A DNA stretch of 64,000 nt. Origin: Callorhinchus milii. Its lineage: Eukaryota. The number at the start of each line of letters is the position of its first letter. Position 1 is the stretch's first letter. The notes under the pieces were generated by a model. The model was not told the DNA's origin, searched no databases, and was given only the letters and a program-made list of their open reading frames with translations. Both the position numbers and the translations under genes were made by a program. Where the stretch lies: positions 87,794,001 through 87,858,000 of the forward strand of contig NW_024704743.1 in the NCBI RefSeq assembly GCF_018977255.1, in the 5' to 3' direction. Of the stretch, positions 51,541-64,000 are shown piece after piece.

Positions 51541-51761
51541 CATTGCTATGTATACACTGTAATAAAACATGCTCCAAAGCACAGGTGTGTTAGACAATCC
51601 TCTAACCATAACCCACAGACACGCTGCCTTCCGAGTGTCCCTTTTACAGTTCCCGTTGTCAGTCCATTGGTTGTTTCCCAAATTGGCTATTACTCTTAAA
51701 TTGGCTATTACTCTTCAAGGGATATCCCACACAGTCACTACATTTTACAATAAAATTTTGT

Positions 51762-52080
51762 GGAGTCCTGTAGCTCAGTGGTTAGAGCATTCGCTTTGCA
51801 AGTGAGAGACCTGAGATCAATTCCAGGCAGGGCGAAACCTTGGGCAAGTTTCCTTACTCCACACGCCTAATAATAATCCCTCCAAAAAAACAAAAACAAT
51901 AATAAATTGGTCATTTTCAATCTACGACTGTTTGTGGGACATTGCTGTGCGCAATTGGCTGCCGCGTTCGCCCACAAATATACAGTTAATTCACTTTACA
52001 GTGTGTTCTGTGAAGCGCTTTGGGACGTCCTTCCGATGTGAAAAGCGCTATATCAAATGCAAGGATTATTATTATTATTA
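51762..52080 (+). mobile_element. Full-length young tRNA-derived SINE, inserted in an older SINE remnant
   Basis: Complete consensus copy; the flanks acagtcactacattttaca and catcaaatgcaac are older SINE sequence. Confidence 0.95.
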
Positions 52081-53409
52081 TAAAATCCTTTCAGATTTCA
52101 GACAATGGTGAAGATGAAGATACCTCATCAAATGCAACAATTATTTATTAAAGGTAAGGTTGGCATTCTGGAAGGATGAAATGGAATGAGCTAATGAGAC
52201 TTCTTCATCCAAACTATTTGATCTTGTGAATTTACCAAATCAAATATATGTATTAAATCAGGGAACTCCTGAAGGTGATTTCCAGTCCGTACAGAAATGT
52301 TCAGGATGTACCTTCACGTTTTAATTGTTTTCTGCTAGTTATTTTTGGTGAATGTTTTTGTGCCTATTAAGAAGAGGGATGTCAGTGCTGAGGAATGGAA
52401 TACTCTTCCACTTGTTGATATCTAGTGTCAGTGCTAAATGCCCCTGGGATAGAAACATTGTGGATCAGAAGCAAGTAAAGCTTTCTCCACTCTGCCTAAT
52501 CTATCTTAATCCCCAGTGTCAGCACAACTCCAATTACCAAACCGTTTCCCATATCAGTTATCCATTGCTTCTATGAGTAAGATTAATGTTAGTGCTGATT
52601 ATAGTCATCTCTACTTGAATGTTGTCCCTATTAACAACTGAAGTGAAACTGTCCAAATCTGACTTGCAGCATCAGAGATCAGTCTGGACTGAATGTTAAG
52701 GAAGCACTCAGATGAAAACAAAAAGTGTTCCAATCCCATGCACCATCCATTTCCCTGTAGAATTGAATACACAAGATTAGAAGAAAGGTTTAGATGAAGA
52801 AGAAAGCTCTCTTTGAACCATTTGATCTTATCCTTTTACAATACCCATCCTCTTGCCTCTGAGTCAGAAGATTGTGGGTTCAAGCCCCACATTGGGATTG
52901 GAGGAGAGGATGGGCGATGCGTGAGAGGCTGGTTGGTAGTGGAGAAGAGGAGCCTGGGGTTGTCCTTGGCCTCCAAGATTATCTTGGAATAGAAGGATGA
53001 TTTAGCGGAGGTGGAGTGGTAAGTTTTAAAATGATCATTGTGGTTCACGTTCTATTCTGAATTCCTGCAACAGACACAGAGCAATAATTTTTTTATTCAT
53101 ACAGTGACATAATTTCAGTTTTATTACATCTTGTCCATGTTAATTCATTGAAATAATTGCCATATCATTAATTGCCTCTGGTAGGTCTGGTGTGAGCAGT
53201 AATTTCAAGAAACGCATCTGGTCTAGACAACAATCTATACACTATATCCATAGTCTCATCACTGGAATGAACATTGGTTAATCTATATGTGAATGCCTGG
53301 CATCATTTAATTCCTAGATAGATTTAAATAAATAGGAAGGAATGAAAAACCCTAGTGGCCCAACAAGGGAAAATACCTCACTCTAACTTCATGCAATATT
53401 CACGTACAT

Positions 53410-53545
53410 ATCAGTGGCATTTGCTTTGCAAGTGGGTTCAATATCCAGCAGGGCAAGTTTCCTTACTCCACATGCCTCTGTTTACCTAACAGTAAGTAGG
53501 AATCCAGTTGTCAGTCGATTGGCTGATACCTTTTGGGGGTGCAAT
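53410..53545 (+). mobile_element. Older long-form SINE 5' part with an extra central segment
   Basis: gggcaagtttccttactccacatgcct-ctgtttacctaacagtaagtaggaatccagttgtcagtcgattgg. Confidence 0.65.
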
Positions 53546-53649
53546 CGTTCTCTCCTCTAATTTCAATGTCCTTCCCTTTCAATGTATCAGTAGCTTCGCT
53601 CTCCAGGACCCAAGTGATCCTTTCTCACCTTTCAGTGACTCACCCAGGT

Positions 53650-53925
53650 CACAGACTTCGTGTCGCCAAGATTGTCCTTACAGCTTTATATTTTGGTCCT
53701 TTTGGAACGCCATCCCACAGTCCCTTCGCCTTGCTCCCTCCCTTGCCTCCTTCAAAGCGTGACTCAAGACCTTCCTTTTCGACTGTACCTTCAGCCGGCC
53801 ACCTAGCTCTCTGCCCTCCCTCATCCCAACTCTGCACTTGGATCCTGTTCCCAACTGTTTAGCACCTTGAGATGTCCTCCTGATGTGAAAGGTGCTTTAA
53901 AAATGTAATTTTGTTGTTGCTGTTG
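53650..53925 (+). mobile_element. L2 3' end
   Basis: FWNAIPQSLRLAPSLASFKA; tail gatgtcctcctgatgtgaaaggtgct...ttgttg. Confidence 0.75.
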
Positions 53926-54186
53926 ACCTTAAATGCGCTTAAATGTGCTCCAAGTCTTACTTTGCACAAAATCTCAGTAGATACAAAATATCTAGATTAA
54001 TAACCTTAATAAAAGAGGTAGATTGCTAATTTGAATAGGGTGACCGCAACAGGAGTAATAACTACCCCCCCACCCAAAAACAACTGACTGTTTGTGGAAC
54101 ACTGCTGTGCGAAATTGGGTGCCATATTTCACTCACATAATATACAGTCACTACACTTTACAATATATTCTGTGAAGCGCGTTGAT

Positions 54187-54650
54187 ACAACAACAACAAC
54201 AACAATATTACATTTGTATAGCGCCTTTCAGATCGGGAGGATATCCCAAGGCCTGGACAAAATTACAGACCTGAGCTGGGGGTCAGCGTCAGGTGGATGT
54301 AGGACAGGTGGGGAGGCAGGGAGATCGAAAGCACGGTTGAACAGGAGGGTCTTGAGATGGGTCTTGAAGGTGCTAAGGCAGGGGACAAGGTGGAGGGACT
54401 GTGGGATGGAGTTCCAGAGGGTAGGGGCAGAGTGGCAAAAAGTCCGCCCGCCAATAGTGGGTGAGCAAGGCGGGGGACGTGAAGCAGAAGCCCGCAGAAT
54501 GGTAGCGGTTTAGGAGGACGCAGAGATAGGGAGGAGCAAGACCATGGAGGGCTTTGAAGTGAGAACCAGGATCTTGAACTGTATCCTCTGTGTGATGGGA
54601 AGCCAGTGGAGTCGGGCGAGGATGGGGGTGATAGGGTCGCGGAGCCTAAT
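54187..54650 (-). mobile_element. L2 3' end nested in a SINE remnant
   Basis: (caa)n tail and a minus-strand LARLHWLPITQRIQFKILV-type remnant. Confidence 0.8.
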
Positions 54651-55224
54651 GCAGGAGAGTTTGCATAGTTGAGCATAATTTATTGTAAATAATTCTAACT
54701 CTATTTGTTTAAATAATAAACATTACACTAGAGTTAAATTTTCTCTTCATTCTTTCCTCAAGCTCTACTTACAAAAGGTCAAAGGGCTTATTGTTGACTT
54801 CTTCTAATTTTCGTTTTGCTTTCTCCCATTACCAATCTCCTCATGAAGGTAGTGTTCTGACCTAGAGAACAACCAACTGAGTCAAGCTGACAAGCATTTT
54901 GTATTACAGATTCCTGGATAATGATCAGGAATGGCAAAACTGGTGGAATTTATCCCTCCTTGGCCTGGGAACAGTGAAGTTAATTGGAACATATCCTTGC
55001 TGCCATTCAAGTGAGATCAGGTAACTCAGCACTAAGTATGAATCAAATCTGAGACCTTCTTGGCCTGTAATCCTCAATAACCACTGAATCATTGTTAGTG
55101 AGCCTGAAACATTGTTTTCTAACATTCTTTTTAAAACATATTGAATGTAATAACTTGTGAACACGGATAGTTAATTGCTACCAAAGAATACATTAATTCA
55201 GCTTTAAATGTGCCCAAACCACTT

Positions 55225-55560
55225 CAGCTAAAAAAAATGCATAGCTTGCCATTATTAGCACCCTCTAGCAAGCTTTCCCATTGTTTGTCCAGCTAGGACA
55301 ACCTACCCAATAGGGCTTTGGTTTGCAAGGTTAACAGGAGCTGAGTGAGAAGATTTCCTACTCCCAGTGGCTCGTCTGCCTTTCCAAGTCCTGCCGATGA
55401 GCCAGGCTGGCTGTGCTGTTATTAGCAGTGCCCTGGAATACTGCGGACCCACCTGGCTTAGGAACCGGGCTACCACGGCCGCCACAGAAGGCTGGCTTGA
55501 TTCTGACATTCCACTGCCAAGCATGTCACTTCTGAGCCAGTTCAGCTCCAAGGAGACTCC
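55225..55560 (+). repeat. Unclassified interspersed repeat (family D), copy 2
   Basis: Colinear with 10272-10670. Confidence 0.75.
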
Positions 55561-55580
55561 GCTTACCTCCGCACCCCAAA

Positions 55581-55930
55581 TAATAATAACAATAATAATC
55601 CTTGCATTTGATATAGTGCCTTATCACACCCTCAAGATGTCTCAAAGTGCTTCACAGAATATACTGTAAAGTGAATTGACTGTACAGTTTGTGGGTGAAG
55701 CGAAGCAGCAAGTGTCCCACCAACAGTTGTGGATTGAGTGGCCAAAGTATTATTTTTTTAAAAGGATTATTACCCCCGGAAAGTAATCCGCCAATTGACT
55801 AACAACCAGGTTCCTATTTACTGCTAGGTAAACAGGCAATTAAGGAAACTTGTCAAACTTTTGCACCTGCCCAGGAACTGAACCCAGGCTTGCTCTAACC
55901 AATCTCTTGCTTGCTCTAACCAATATGAGG
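55581..55930 (-). mobile_element. Older long-form tRNA-SINE
   Basis: Tail, Deu segment and the extra gtttacctagcagtaaataggaacctggttgttagtc segment, all on the minus strand. Confidence 0.75.
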
Positions 55931-58569
55931 CTCTAACCAAAGAGGAGCCACTTCAGCCAACATTAAAAATGCATGAAAATGAAGCTTATTCATGCTTTTT
56001 TTTAAACTTGTCATATGATGTTAAAATAACTGTGTTAAAGCATCAATGAACTACAAAGTGATGGCACATACGTTCATTTCACATCCCCCACACAGCTAAG
56101 TTCCAGATCTTACTTGCAACATTGCAGGAAAGCACGAAGCAGGAACCAGACACTTTCCTGTATTAAAGCAAGTTAACTCCCTTGAGCTTTCCTTTTAGCA
56201 TTGAGTTCTGAGAAATAGACAATTAAAAAATAGAGTTGTTCTCAAATAATTAAAACAAATGATTCAAAAATCCATTGTTTTTTAAACTTCAATTTTAAAC
56301 AGTTTAAATCTCCATTTTTGAATGGTGCATGTTTTGTGCAATTGAAAATACACCATTTAAACAGGGTAACAGTGAAGAAAGAAACTCAAGCACAACCAGA
56401 GCAACAGTCTGACATTGCATGAGTGCCAAGCCTGCTGAACAGAGCAATTCCAAATGAGCAAAGTGAGAAACGTTTCCACAAGTTTGGAGACCTTCCAATA
56501 AAAAAAAACAAATGTAGGTAGGTATGTGAAACATAAACATGAGGTCAACATAAACCAGAGGCTGTCTAATGTCAGAAGTCTGGGCTGTTTTATTCCAATT
56601 CTATTGCATCTTCTGATCCTATATGCTTCCTAATCAGTACCAATGTGGCTAGCGTGACATGTGTCTGTGTATTCAATCTTTACTGATTAGCTAATTACAT
56701 CCTTACAAATGTCATCAGGTCTTTGCAAACACTAAACTTTTGAAAATATCCAACTTTATTGTGTTTCTATTTTGTAACATTAAACAATGTGTTTCTAAAT
56801 TGTTCCCTTATAAGGCAATTATATTACAGATACCAAGTTGACAGCTGCCCGTAGTGGAGCAATGCAGAGTGCATCACACTGCTCGCTCTGCATCATTCAC
56901 ACCCCAGACTGAGTTCAACTGAACCACAACTCTGCCAAACAATGCCTGAATACTGATAAGGTTTTAACATCCCTTGAGAGCTGATAGTGCTGCTAGAACT
57001 TTAATAATGTTAAAACCACCAACTTTTAAAACTTTTACATGTGAAAATTTGCTTTGAGCTGGCTGAGCTTCAACACCAGTCACACAATAGCCCACGAAAA
57101 GCCAAAGCAGCATGAAGTAATTTCTTTTAGGTTGCTTCAAACTAATTTGCACAATCAGATATTACAATCCCAAAACTGCAATTATGCTGCAGTCTGTATC
57201 GTTTTGACATCAAATGAGTGTAATTGTAGAATAACTGATTCAATGATGCCCAAAGGGACTCTTTTTCTAACTGTAGAGATTTGACTTCCTTGCTACTGAA
57301 CATCTACAATGGCCCTATCTATTGTGTGGTCTGAACCACACAGGCCAGTAAACTATGAGAGATGTTAGCTGAGCTGTAGTAGCATTTTAAATCACATTTT
57401 CCACATGAACATGTTGATGCTTAGCAAAAGGTAACATTTCTAAACACAGACAAAAAGAAGTCGTCTTAATTAAACGATTTACTTATTTGAGATAATTTGA
57501 GAGTAGTGTAGGGTGGCTTCTTCATAATCCCCATATAATAATGATTCTTGCAATTGATATAACGCCTTATCAGATCTTCTAGACGTCACAAGTCACTTCA
57601 CAGAATATACTGTAAAGTGAATTGACTGTTTATTTTGTGTGCGAAAAGATAATAAAGATCCTGTACAGAAAATTTAGCAAATACGTGGCTCCACAGTGAA
57701 ACTGTGCTATTGCCATGTTTGTAATGGAAAGCATACCCATAAATACGACTGCTGGCACACTCAGGAACAGATTAAAATGTCCAATGGATCTGTACGTACT
57801 CAGAGGACAATCCAATTATACACAGGTTTCCTTACGTGAACTGAAGCAGTGAAAATGAACTGTGTGCAATAAATAACTCAAATGACAGATTGTAAAGTAA
57901 ATATTGAAATATTATTAGAGAGGCAACTTTTCACAAATGCCTGGAAAGCTGCAGTTCTTGACTAATGAATAACAGAGAAACATTGTTCTTCTTCAAATAC
58001 ATTCTCAATTTATTAGAAATATTTCTTTTTTAAAAATTTGGTTTTACAGGCCCTGATCCAAACATCTGCTTCCAGTTAAATAAAAGAAAAACAAAGGTCT
58101 GTCTTTCAATAGAAAATCTCTAAAGAGAGCAGCAGAGCGACAGTAATGCAGCAAAAATAGCTTTAGAAAACTCAAATATAGTAAATTAATATTGTAATGA
58201 AAGAGAGGGGCTCGAAGAGGGTTGGTGATAAGGTGGAGTAGTGGGATTGAATTGATCTCCTTGCTTTGTGAGCTGCTGTGGACTCGGTGGATCAAATAGC
58301 CTATTTCTGCACTGTAGATTTCTATATTTCTGTTTCTATAATAGTACTGCTGTGTTATCTTTTGGGTATTCAATTACATATTGAAGGTTCAGTGATCACC
58401 CCAGTTTTCAATGTTTTAGCAAGGGTGGCATCATGTGCGAGGGTGGCATCATGTTAACTCCATGTTGTAATTCTGCTGATCGTCACCATAACTTCTTCCA
58501 ATTGGGGAAAACATACACAAAATTACAAAATTACATTTGTATAGTGTCTTTCACATCAGGAGGACGGTC

Positions 58570-59045
58570 TCTCAGTTCTGCTGTTCAAAAAATCCAGCTC
58601 ATTCAGAACTCTGCTGCCCGCATACTTACCCGAACCAAACTCGTACCCCCATCTCACCAGTTCTGGCTCCCCATCACTGAATGGATTGACTTCAAGATCC
58701 TCACACTCATTTTCAAATCCCTTCACACCCTGGCACCTCCCTACCTCTCCAACCTTCTCACTCCCCAATCCGCCACCCGGCGCCTCTGCTCAATTGGCGC
58801 CGGCCTCCTGCTTATCCCTTGCGCCCTCCACTCCACCATTGGAGGCGCGCTTTCAGCCACTACGGCCTGAAACTCTGGACCACTCTCCATCAATCCCTCT
58901 GCCTTGCCCCCTCTCTCCCCTTTTTCAAGTCCCGCCTGAAAACCTTCCTTTTCCACTGTGCTTTCGTGTCAGATTCTGCCACTGTTAAGCACTCTGATAC
59001 GCTACCCTGCATGGAGGGCGCTATATAAGCGCAAGTGGTTGTTGT
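58570..59045 (+). mobile_element. L2 3' ~470 bp
   Basis: KIQLIQNSAARILTRTK..WLPITEWIDFKILTLIFKSLHTLAPPYLS..FKSRLKTFLF. Confidence 0.9.
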
Positions 59046-59379
59046 AGGTGTTGAAATTGCTTTCAATTGGATACATTACAAAACAAACTGAAAGCAGGAA
59101 GATGATTTTAAACTATAATATTGGCTTGGATTAAGACATTGGTTATAACTTGCCCAATGTCACCACTGATCATTCAATGATGTTTTCCAGTTCCCATATA
59201 GCTGCTGTCAACAAACTAAAATCAAATTGCCACTTGAGAACATTTGGCTAAGTTAAAATACATTTTTCCAACCTTATGTAGATTACTAGTGAGCCCACAT
59301 TTTGAATATTGTGTGGAGTTTGGGAATCCATGTATTTTGTTTATTGAGGTACTGGAGAAGATTTCAAGATGAGCAACAA

Positions 59380-59735
59380 AGATAATTCTGGGATTTAGAC
59401 CTATGAGTTATTAGCAGCGGCATAGATGATGCAGATATCATCAGGTTATTGATTCAGAATGTGAGATTAGTATACTGCACCAAGGCAGTAAAATAAGATG
59501 AAATAGTTTAGTGTTGCAAAGGGCAATATGAGGACAGATACCAGGAAATAGTTCCTTACCTAGAGGGTAACTAATGACTGAATTAAGTTATGATGAAGAG
59601 TGGTTGAAACGAGGGTACTGGACTAGTTTATAAAACTGCTTGTAATGGGAAGATGGTAGGATATGTATTCTGGATGGATGATATAAAAAGGTTAAAGGAT
59701 ATTTTTCATCCAAATCAAACTTGTGATCTTGTGAA
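59380..59735 (+). mobile_element. CR1 3' remnant, old
   Basis: ggaaatagttccttacctagagggtaactaatgactg...tttcatccaaatcaaacttgtgatcttgtga. Confidence 0.6.
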
Positions 59736-60309
59736 AACTAGGGGTTTGAATTAAAAAGCTTTGATTTTAAGACTCCCCTTTGGCCCCTTTTTCAGGATTA
59801 GATTTAGCTATGGTAATTCCCCAGTGAAATAGTGTGTTAACACTCAATATTAAGACACATGTATGAATAACAACCAGTTGGGCAAGGTACTGGAAAGCAA
59901 GTGGGTACTAGTGCAATGCACCCTAGTAGAGGGAAAAGGAATCAATTGCTTTTAGGTGAGAAAGAAAGGATTTTAAATTTATTAGTGGAAAGAAATAGGA
60001 CTAAAAAGGAACATTTCTCCAAAGAGAAGTGGATATGTGGAAAACATTCTCAACAAAGGCAATTGTTTCTGCATCAATTAATTACTTCAAAGTAGGATGA
60101 TTAAGTATCTGCTTAAAACAGTATAGGTGTAAGTGGATATCAGAATGAACAAATACTCCACAGGAAGCTCTAGTTTCTATATTGGTGAGGGGAGTAAATA
60201 TTACCTGTGGAGGAAAAGTTTAAGTAGGTTGAATACTGTGACATTTTTGCTTGATTGCTGACAGGCACCTGGGAGTATCCTTGCACAGCCTTTATAAGGA
60301 TTAGCATGG

Positions 60310-60630
60310 GGTCATTTGATATAGCATCTTACTTTGTTGAAACATTTCGCTTCCCAAAGGTTTCTGTAAAGTGTAGTGACCGTGAATGCAATAACCATAC
60401 AAACAATGTCCCACAAACAGTCGTGAAGTAAATTACCAATTTTTTGTCTGGGGGATTGTAGGCCAGGACACCAGGAGAAACTCCCTTCTATCTTTCGAAT
60501 AGTGCCAGGGGATCTTTACAGTCCACCTGTCAGGAAGGCAACAATTAACTGCAATAGAGTGTCATCCTATGAATTCAAATTCCTAATGCGGGGTTAATGC
60601 CTACAATCTTCTGACTCAGAGTAAAGTTCA
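60310..60630 (-). mobile_element. Old Deu-SINE
   Basis: ggccaggacaccaggagaaactccc..ttcgaatagtgccaggggatcttta, the reverse of the Deu domain. Confidence 0.7.
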
Positions 60631-61576
60631 CAATAGGCCAATATACTTTGATTGCTTCATGCTTTATGTTCTTAAAATTTCCTATTATGATTTCAAACAC
60701 CACATGAACCCCCAATGAGATTTTTGGTTTGTACCCACTCACAACTATCCATTCATAGCTATCATTCATATTTCCTGAGATTGCCCAACCATAAACCATA
60801 AACATACAGATCCTCAGTTATTTATTATGCAATAACAATATCCAATACAGAATATGTTTTGTATTGTATTCTAGATGATTAGGATACAGTCTACATGAGC
60901 GATCAAATAATATATATGATTTATAATTTATTGCCCTGATCAATACTACGGTATAATCAGTCTGTTCTTCTTAGAGGAAGCAGCTGAATCACGGTGGAGG
61001 AGGGTGGAGGCAAGTACTCACAGGCTCTTCCAATGTCATTCTCCGGGTTACTGTTGGGAGATACATTATAATGGTCTACTCAATTCTTTCTCAGGTTTCC
61101 TTTCCCTTACTCCAAGGAAGAGGTTCTGCATAGGTATTGCCTGAATCCTAAAGGGAACACTTACGTGGAATCTCTTGGTCTTCCTTTGGAGCCTCTTAAA
61201 TGCAGTAGTTAATGTCAATATGATATTTCCCATAGCAGCTATTCTTATGGATCTATAGAGTAATGCATATTGCAATGATTAGTGCACAATTAAATGTAGT
61301 TTATTTGTGTGGACTAATACCCACTAGCAACTAAATTGAGACTGTCCAAACTTTGCACACTTGCATACATTCACTTGTACCCTCTCCCTTAATCTGAGGG
61401 AGAGAAACCAGAGAGAAAATTGAGTAGACCATTCTCATTGTATCTCCCAACAGCCACTCAGAGTGACACGGTAGAGGCTCATGAACACTTGCCCTCCCCC
61501 GGCTCAGCTGTTTCCTTTAAGAGGATCAGATTGATTTTATTGTATTATTGATCAGGTCAGGTCAATAAAATTTGTG

Positions 61577-62009
61577 TGTCAGCTTGGTTCAGTTAGTAGC
61601 ACTCTCGCTTCTGAGATAGAAGATTGTGGATTTAAGACCCATGTCGGGGACTTTGAATTCACAATCTAGGCTAACAGTTCAGTGCAGGGCTTGTATTGTC
61701 AGAGGTGTCGTCCTTCAGATGAGACATTAAATTGAGTTCCGTCTGCCTGTTCTGGTGGATGTTAAAGATCCCATGGCACTGTTGGAAAGGAGAAGTGTTT
61801 CTCCCAGTGTCCTAGTCAATATACCCTCCGATCAAATTGGTTATTCAATTCATGGCTGTTTGTTGGACATTACTGTGTGCAAATGAGCTGCTGCGTTTCA
61901 CTTACAAATACAGTTTTCAGTAAACATTTTATAGTAAATTCCGTGAAGCACTTTGAGGTGTCCTCCTGACATGAAAGGCATTGTATCAAGTATAAAGATT
62001 ATATTATTA
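61577..62009 (+). mobile_element. Full-length old Deu-SINE (SacSINE1-like)
   Basis: tRNA head gtcagcttggttcagttagtagcactctcgcttctgag, Deu domain gtcagaggtgtcgtccttcagatgagacattaaa...gatcccatggcact, and L2-type tail. Confidence 0.85.
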
Positions 62010-62869
62010 GTTAGACTCTGAAAGAGAAGACTTTCAGTTATCAGACTGGGCTGGATACAAGCACGGGTTCTGAAGTAAAAGGACAGTGTTCTGTCTGTGC
62101 TACTGTATCACCCAGAGTCCTTTTATTCCCATTCTATATAATTCCACTGCACAATTCAGAATTACCCCTCATTCCAAAGTGATTATGCTTCAACAATTTT
62201 GATTTTGGCATCCTTATATTACAGTTCTACTGTGCCACAGTTTGCATTACCCTAGAATGATAGAGAAACATGAAAATAATGACTATAAATCTTAACATAA
62301 ATATTTAAAATTGGCTTGATTCCCACCCGAGCTGTTAGCTCTTTCTATCTGAAAGCTAGTAAAATACATTAACATATTAATATAATCAGATTTATGAATT
62401 AAACAACAAATTGTATTTATTGATGCATTTTAGAAATCCACCTCTTCTTTGCAATTGCAGATGACTTATTCATTACACAATATCAAACTTGTTCCAGTCA
62501 ATATCGCAGGTTATGCGTGTTTTTATGGAGGTGACAAGTCTGTAGAGAACTCTCCTGATATTCTTTTTGTGACTATTCCCTTGCAGGATACAAGATTATT
62601 TCATTGTGTCTCAATTACTCAATATATTTTACATGTTGTTTCTGTTCTTTCTTTTGGATTTGTTCCCTTTAGAAATGTTCTGTTATTCAATAATAACATT
62701 TTGTCTGTGTTCAGATGTTATTACATAACTGACCCAAAGAATTGTTATTATTCACAGTAAAAAATAAATGTATTGCTTTTTAAAAGAAATCAGAGCAAAG
62801 TGCATAATTTAAAATTTGAGACCAAAATTGCAAAATCCTCCATAAAGGTCATATTTAACAGGGCATGAG

Positions 62870-63235
62870 AGCAGTGTGAGCGTTCAAGGTCCATGTAGGG
62901 ATTTTGATTTCATAGTCTTGCACTTGGGGGTGCACCGTGGTGCTTAGGGATTCATCACACTGTGAAACGTGCTGTCCTTCGAATGTGCCTGTTGTGATGG
63001 ATGTTAAAGATCCCATGGTATTAGTTGAAAAGAGAAGGGATTTTCTCTGTGTCTTTGCTAAGAATCCCCCAGTTAAATTGGTCATTCACTCATTCCTGTT
63101 AATGCAAAAGTGGCTGCTGCATTCACCTACAAATACAGTCATTACGCTCTACAGTAATTCCTTTGAAATGGTTTGAGACATGTTCCTGATCTGAAATGTG
63201 CTTTATCAAAAGCAATGATGATTATCATCATTATT
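62870..63235 (+). mobile_element. Old Deu-SINE
   Basis: tggatgttaaagatcccatggtattagttgaa...ggctgctgcattcacctacaaatacagtc... followed by the tail. Confidence 0.7.
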
Positions 63236-64000
63236 GATGCATTACTTGTAAGAGTATTAATATGGACAAATGTGTAATTTAGAATAAATTCAATGAAAAT
63301 ATTTACAAAATGGTACAAGTTTGCACCTCCGATTTATCAACAAATTATGATTAATATCCAATGTTCCCCTTAGCGCTCAGTGAGTTGTTGTAGTGGTCAC
63401 TCAAAACTCACATAACTAAATCTAAGGCAGCAGCATAGGTCAAAACAGCACTCACAATTTTGAAAGTCTCCCTGGCAGTACTTTTGTACAACTGATAAGC
63501 TGCAACAACAGCGCATTGCATTTATATAGTTCCTATCACGTTGGAAGGACGTTCCACAGCACAGGACAGTCAAGGGTTTGCACCCAAGTTGGGAGTTGGG
63601 TTCAGAAGGGTTTGGAAGCTATGCAACTTTGTTGGTTTCAATTCCAGCAGTACCAAGTGTACTTTGGGGTCCCCAATGTCTGAATTCCTGCCATTGTGCA
63701 GCTGTGTTCTCCTGGCATAGGCGAGTCTCCACTGTGGGAGAGGCCGACAAAAGATTCCCCATGTTGGTACTGCCAAACAGAGACTCTGCTTCACATGCAC
63801 ATACATAAATTTCCTCCGTGTTTTTCTAATTTGAAAACATAGACTTTTAACACAGGCAATGGTTTTACAATTTTTTACAATTATATGCGTTTCAGTGAAT
63901 TCTAGTGCCTGGCGAATAGTAATAATAATTGTTGCATTTGATATAGCGCCTTATCACATCTTCTGGACAGCACTTCACAGAATATACTGTCGAGTGAATT

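Noticed and set aside
51678..51716. 18-bp direct repeat aaattggctattactctt x2, and other short direct repeats, as CRISPR-like arrays
   Set aside because: Simple slippage duplications without spacers, in a vertebrate repeat context.

Overview
Repeat-rich, gene-poor vertebrate DNA, either intronic or intergenic. The repeats are tRNA-headed SINEs with a Deu-type body and L2-derived tail, plus L2 and CR1 LINEs. This make-up points to a cartilaginous fish, possibly a chimaera such as the elephant shark (inference). No complete host gene is present, and most ORFs in the track are spurious or transposon-derived. Well supported elements: (i) a 1,991-bp Buster-type hAT transposon (35227-37217) with terminal inverted repeats (TIRs), an 8-bp target-site duplication (TSD) and an internally deleted transposase pseudogene, inserted in a SINE; (ii) a young 5'-truncated CR1 LINE (about 45500-47100, minus) with a 29-bp-arm palindrome at its 5' junction; (iii) a decayed L2 LINE with endonuclease and RT motifs (about 31579-34010); (iv) several young tRNA-Ala-like SINEs, including a SINE-in-SINE insertion that forms a ~290-bp inverted repeat (4252-4894); (v) two near-identical inverted L2 3' ends bracketing the hAT. 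Weaker but interesting: a pri-miRNA-shaped hairpin at 382-465, two phase-compatible minus-strand candidate exons (5226-5398 and 699-763), a CTCF+YY1 motif pair near 15.4 kb, a possible Harbinger Myb/SANT relic near 21 kb, several unnamed repeat families, and homeobox-motif-rich candidate enhancers. I found no convincing evidence of a novel multi-gene system. Boundaries of old repeats are approximate.
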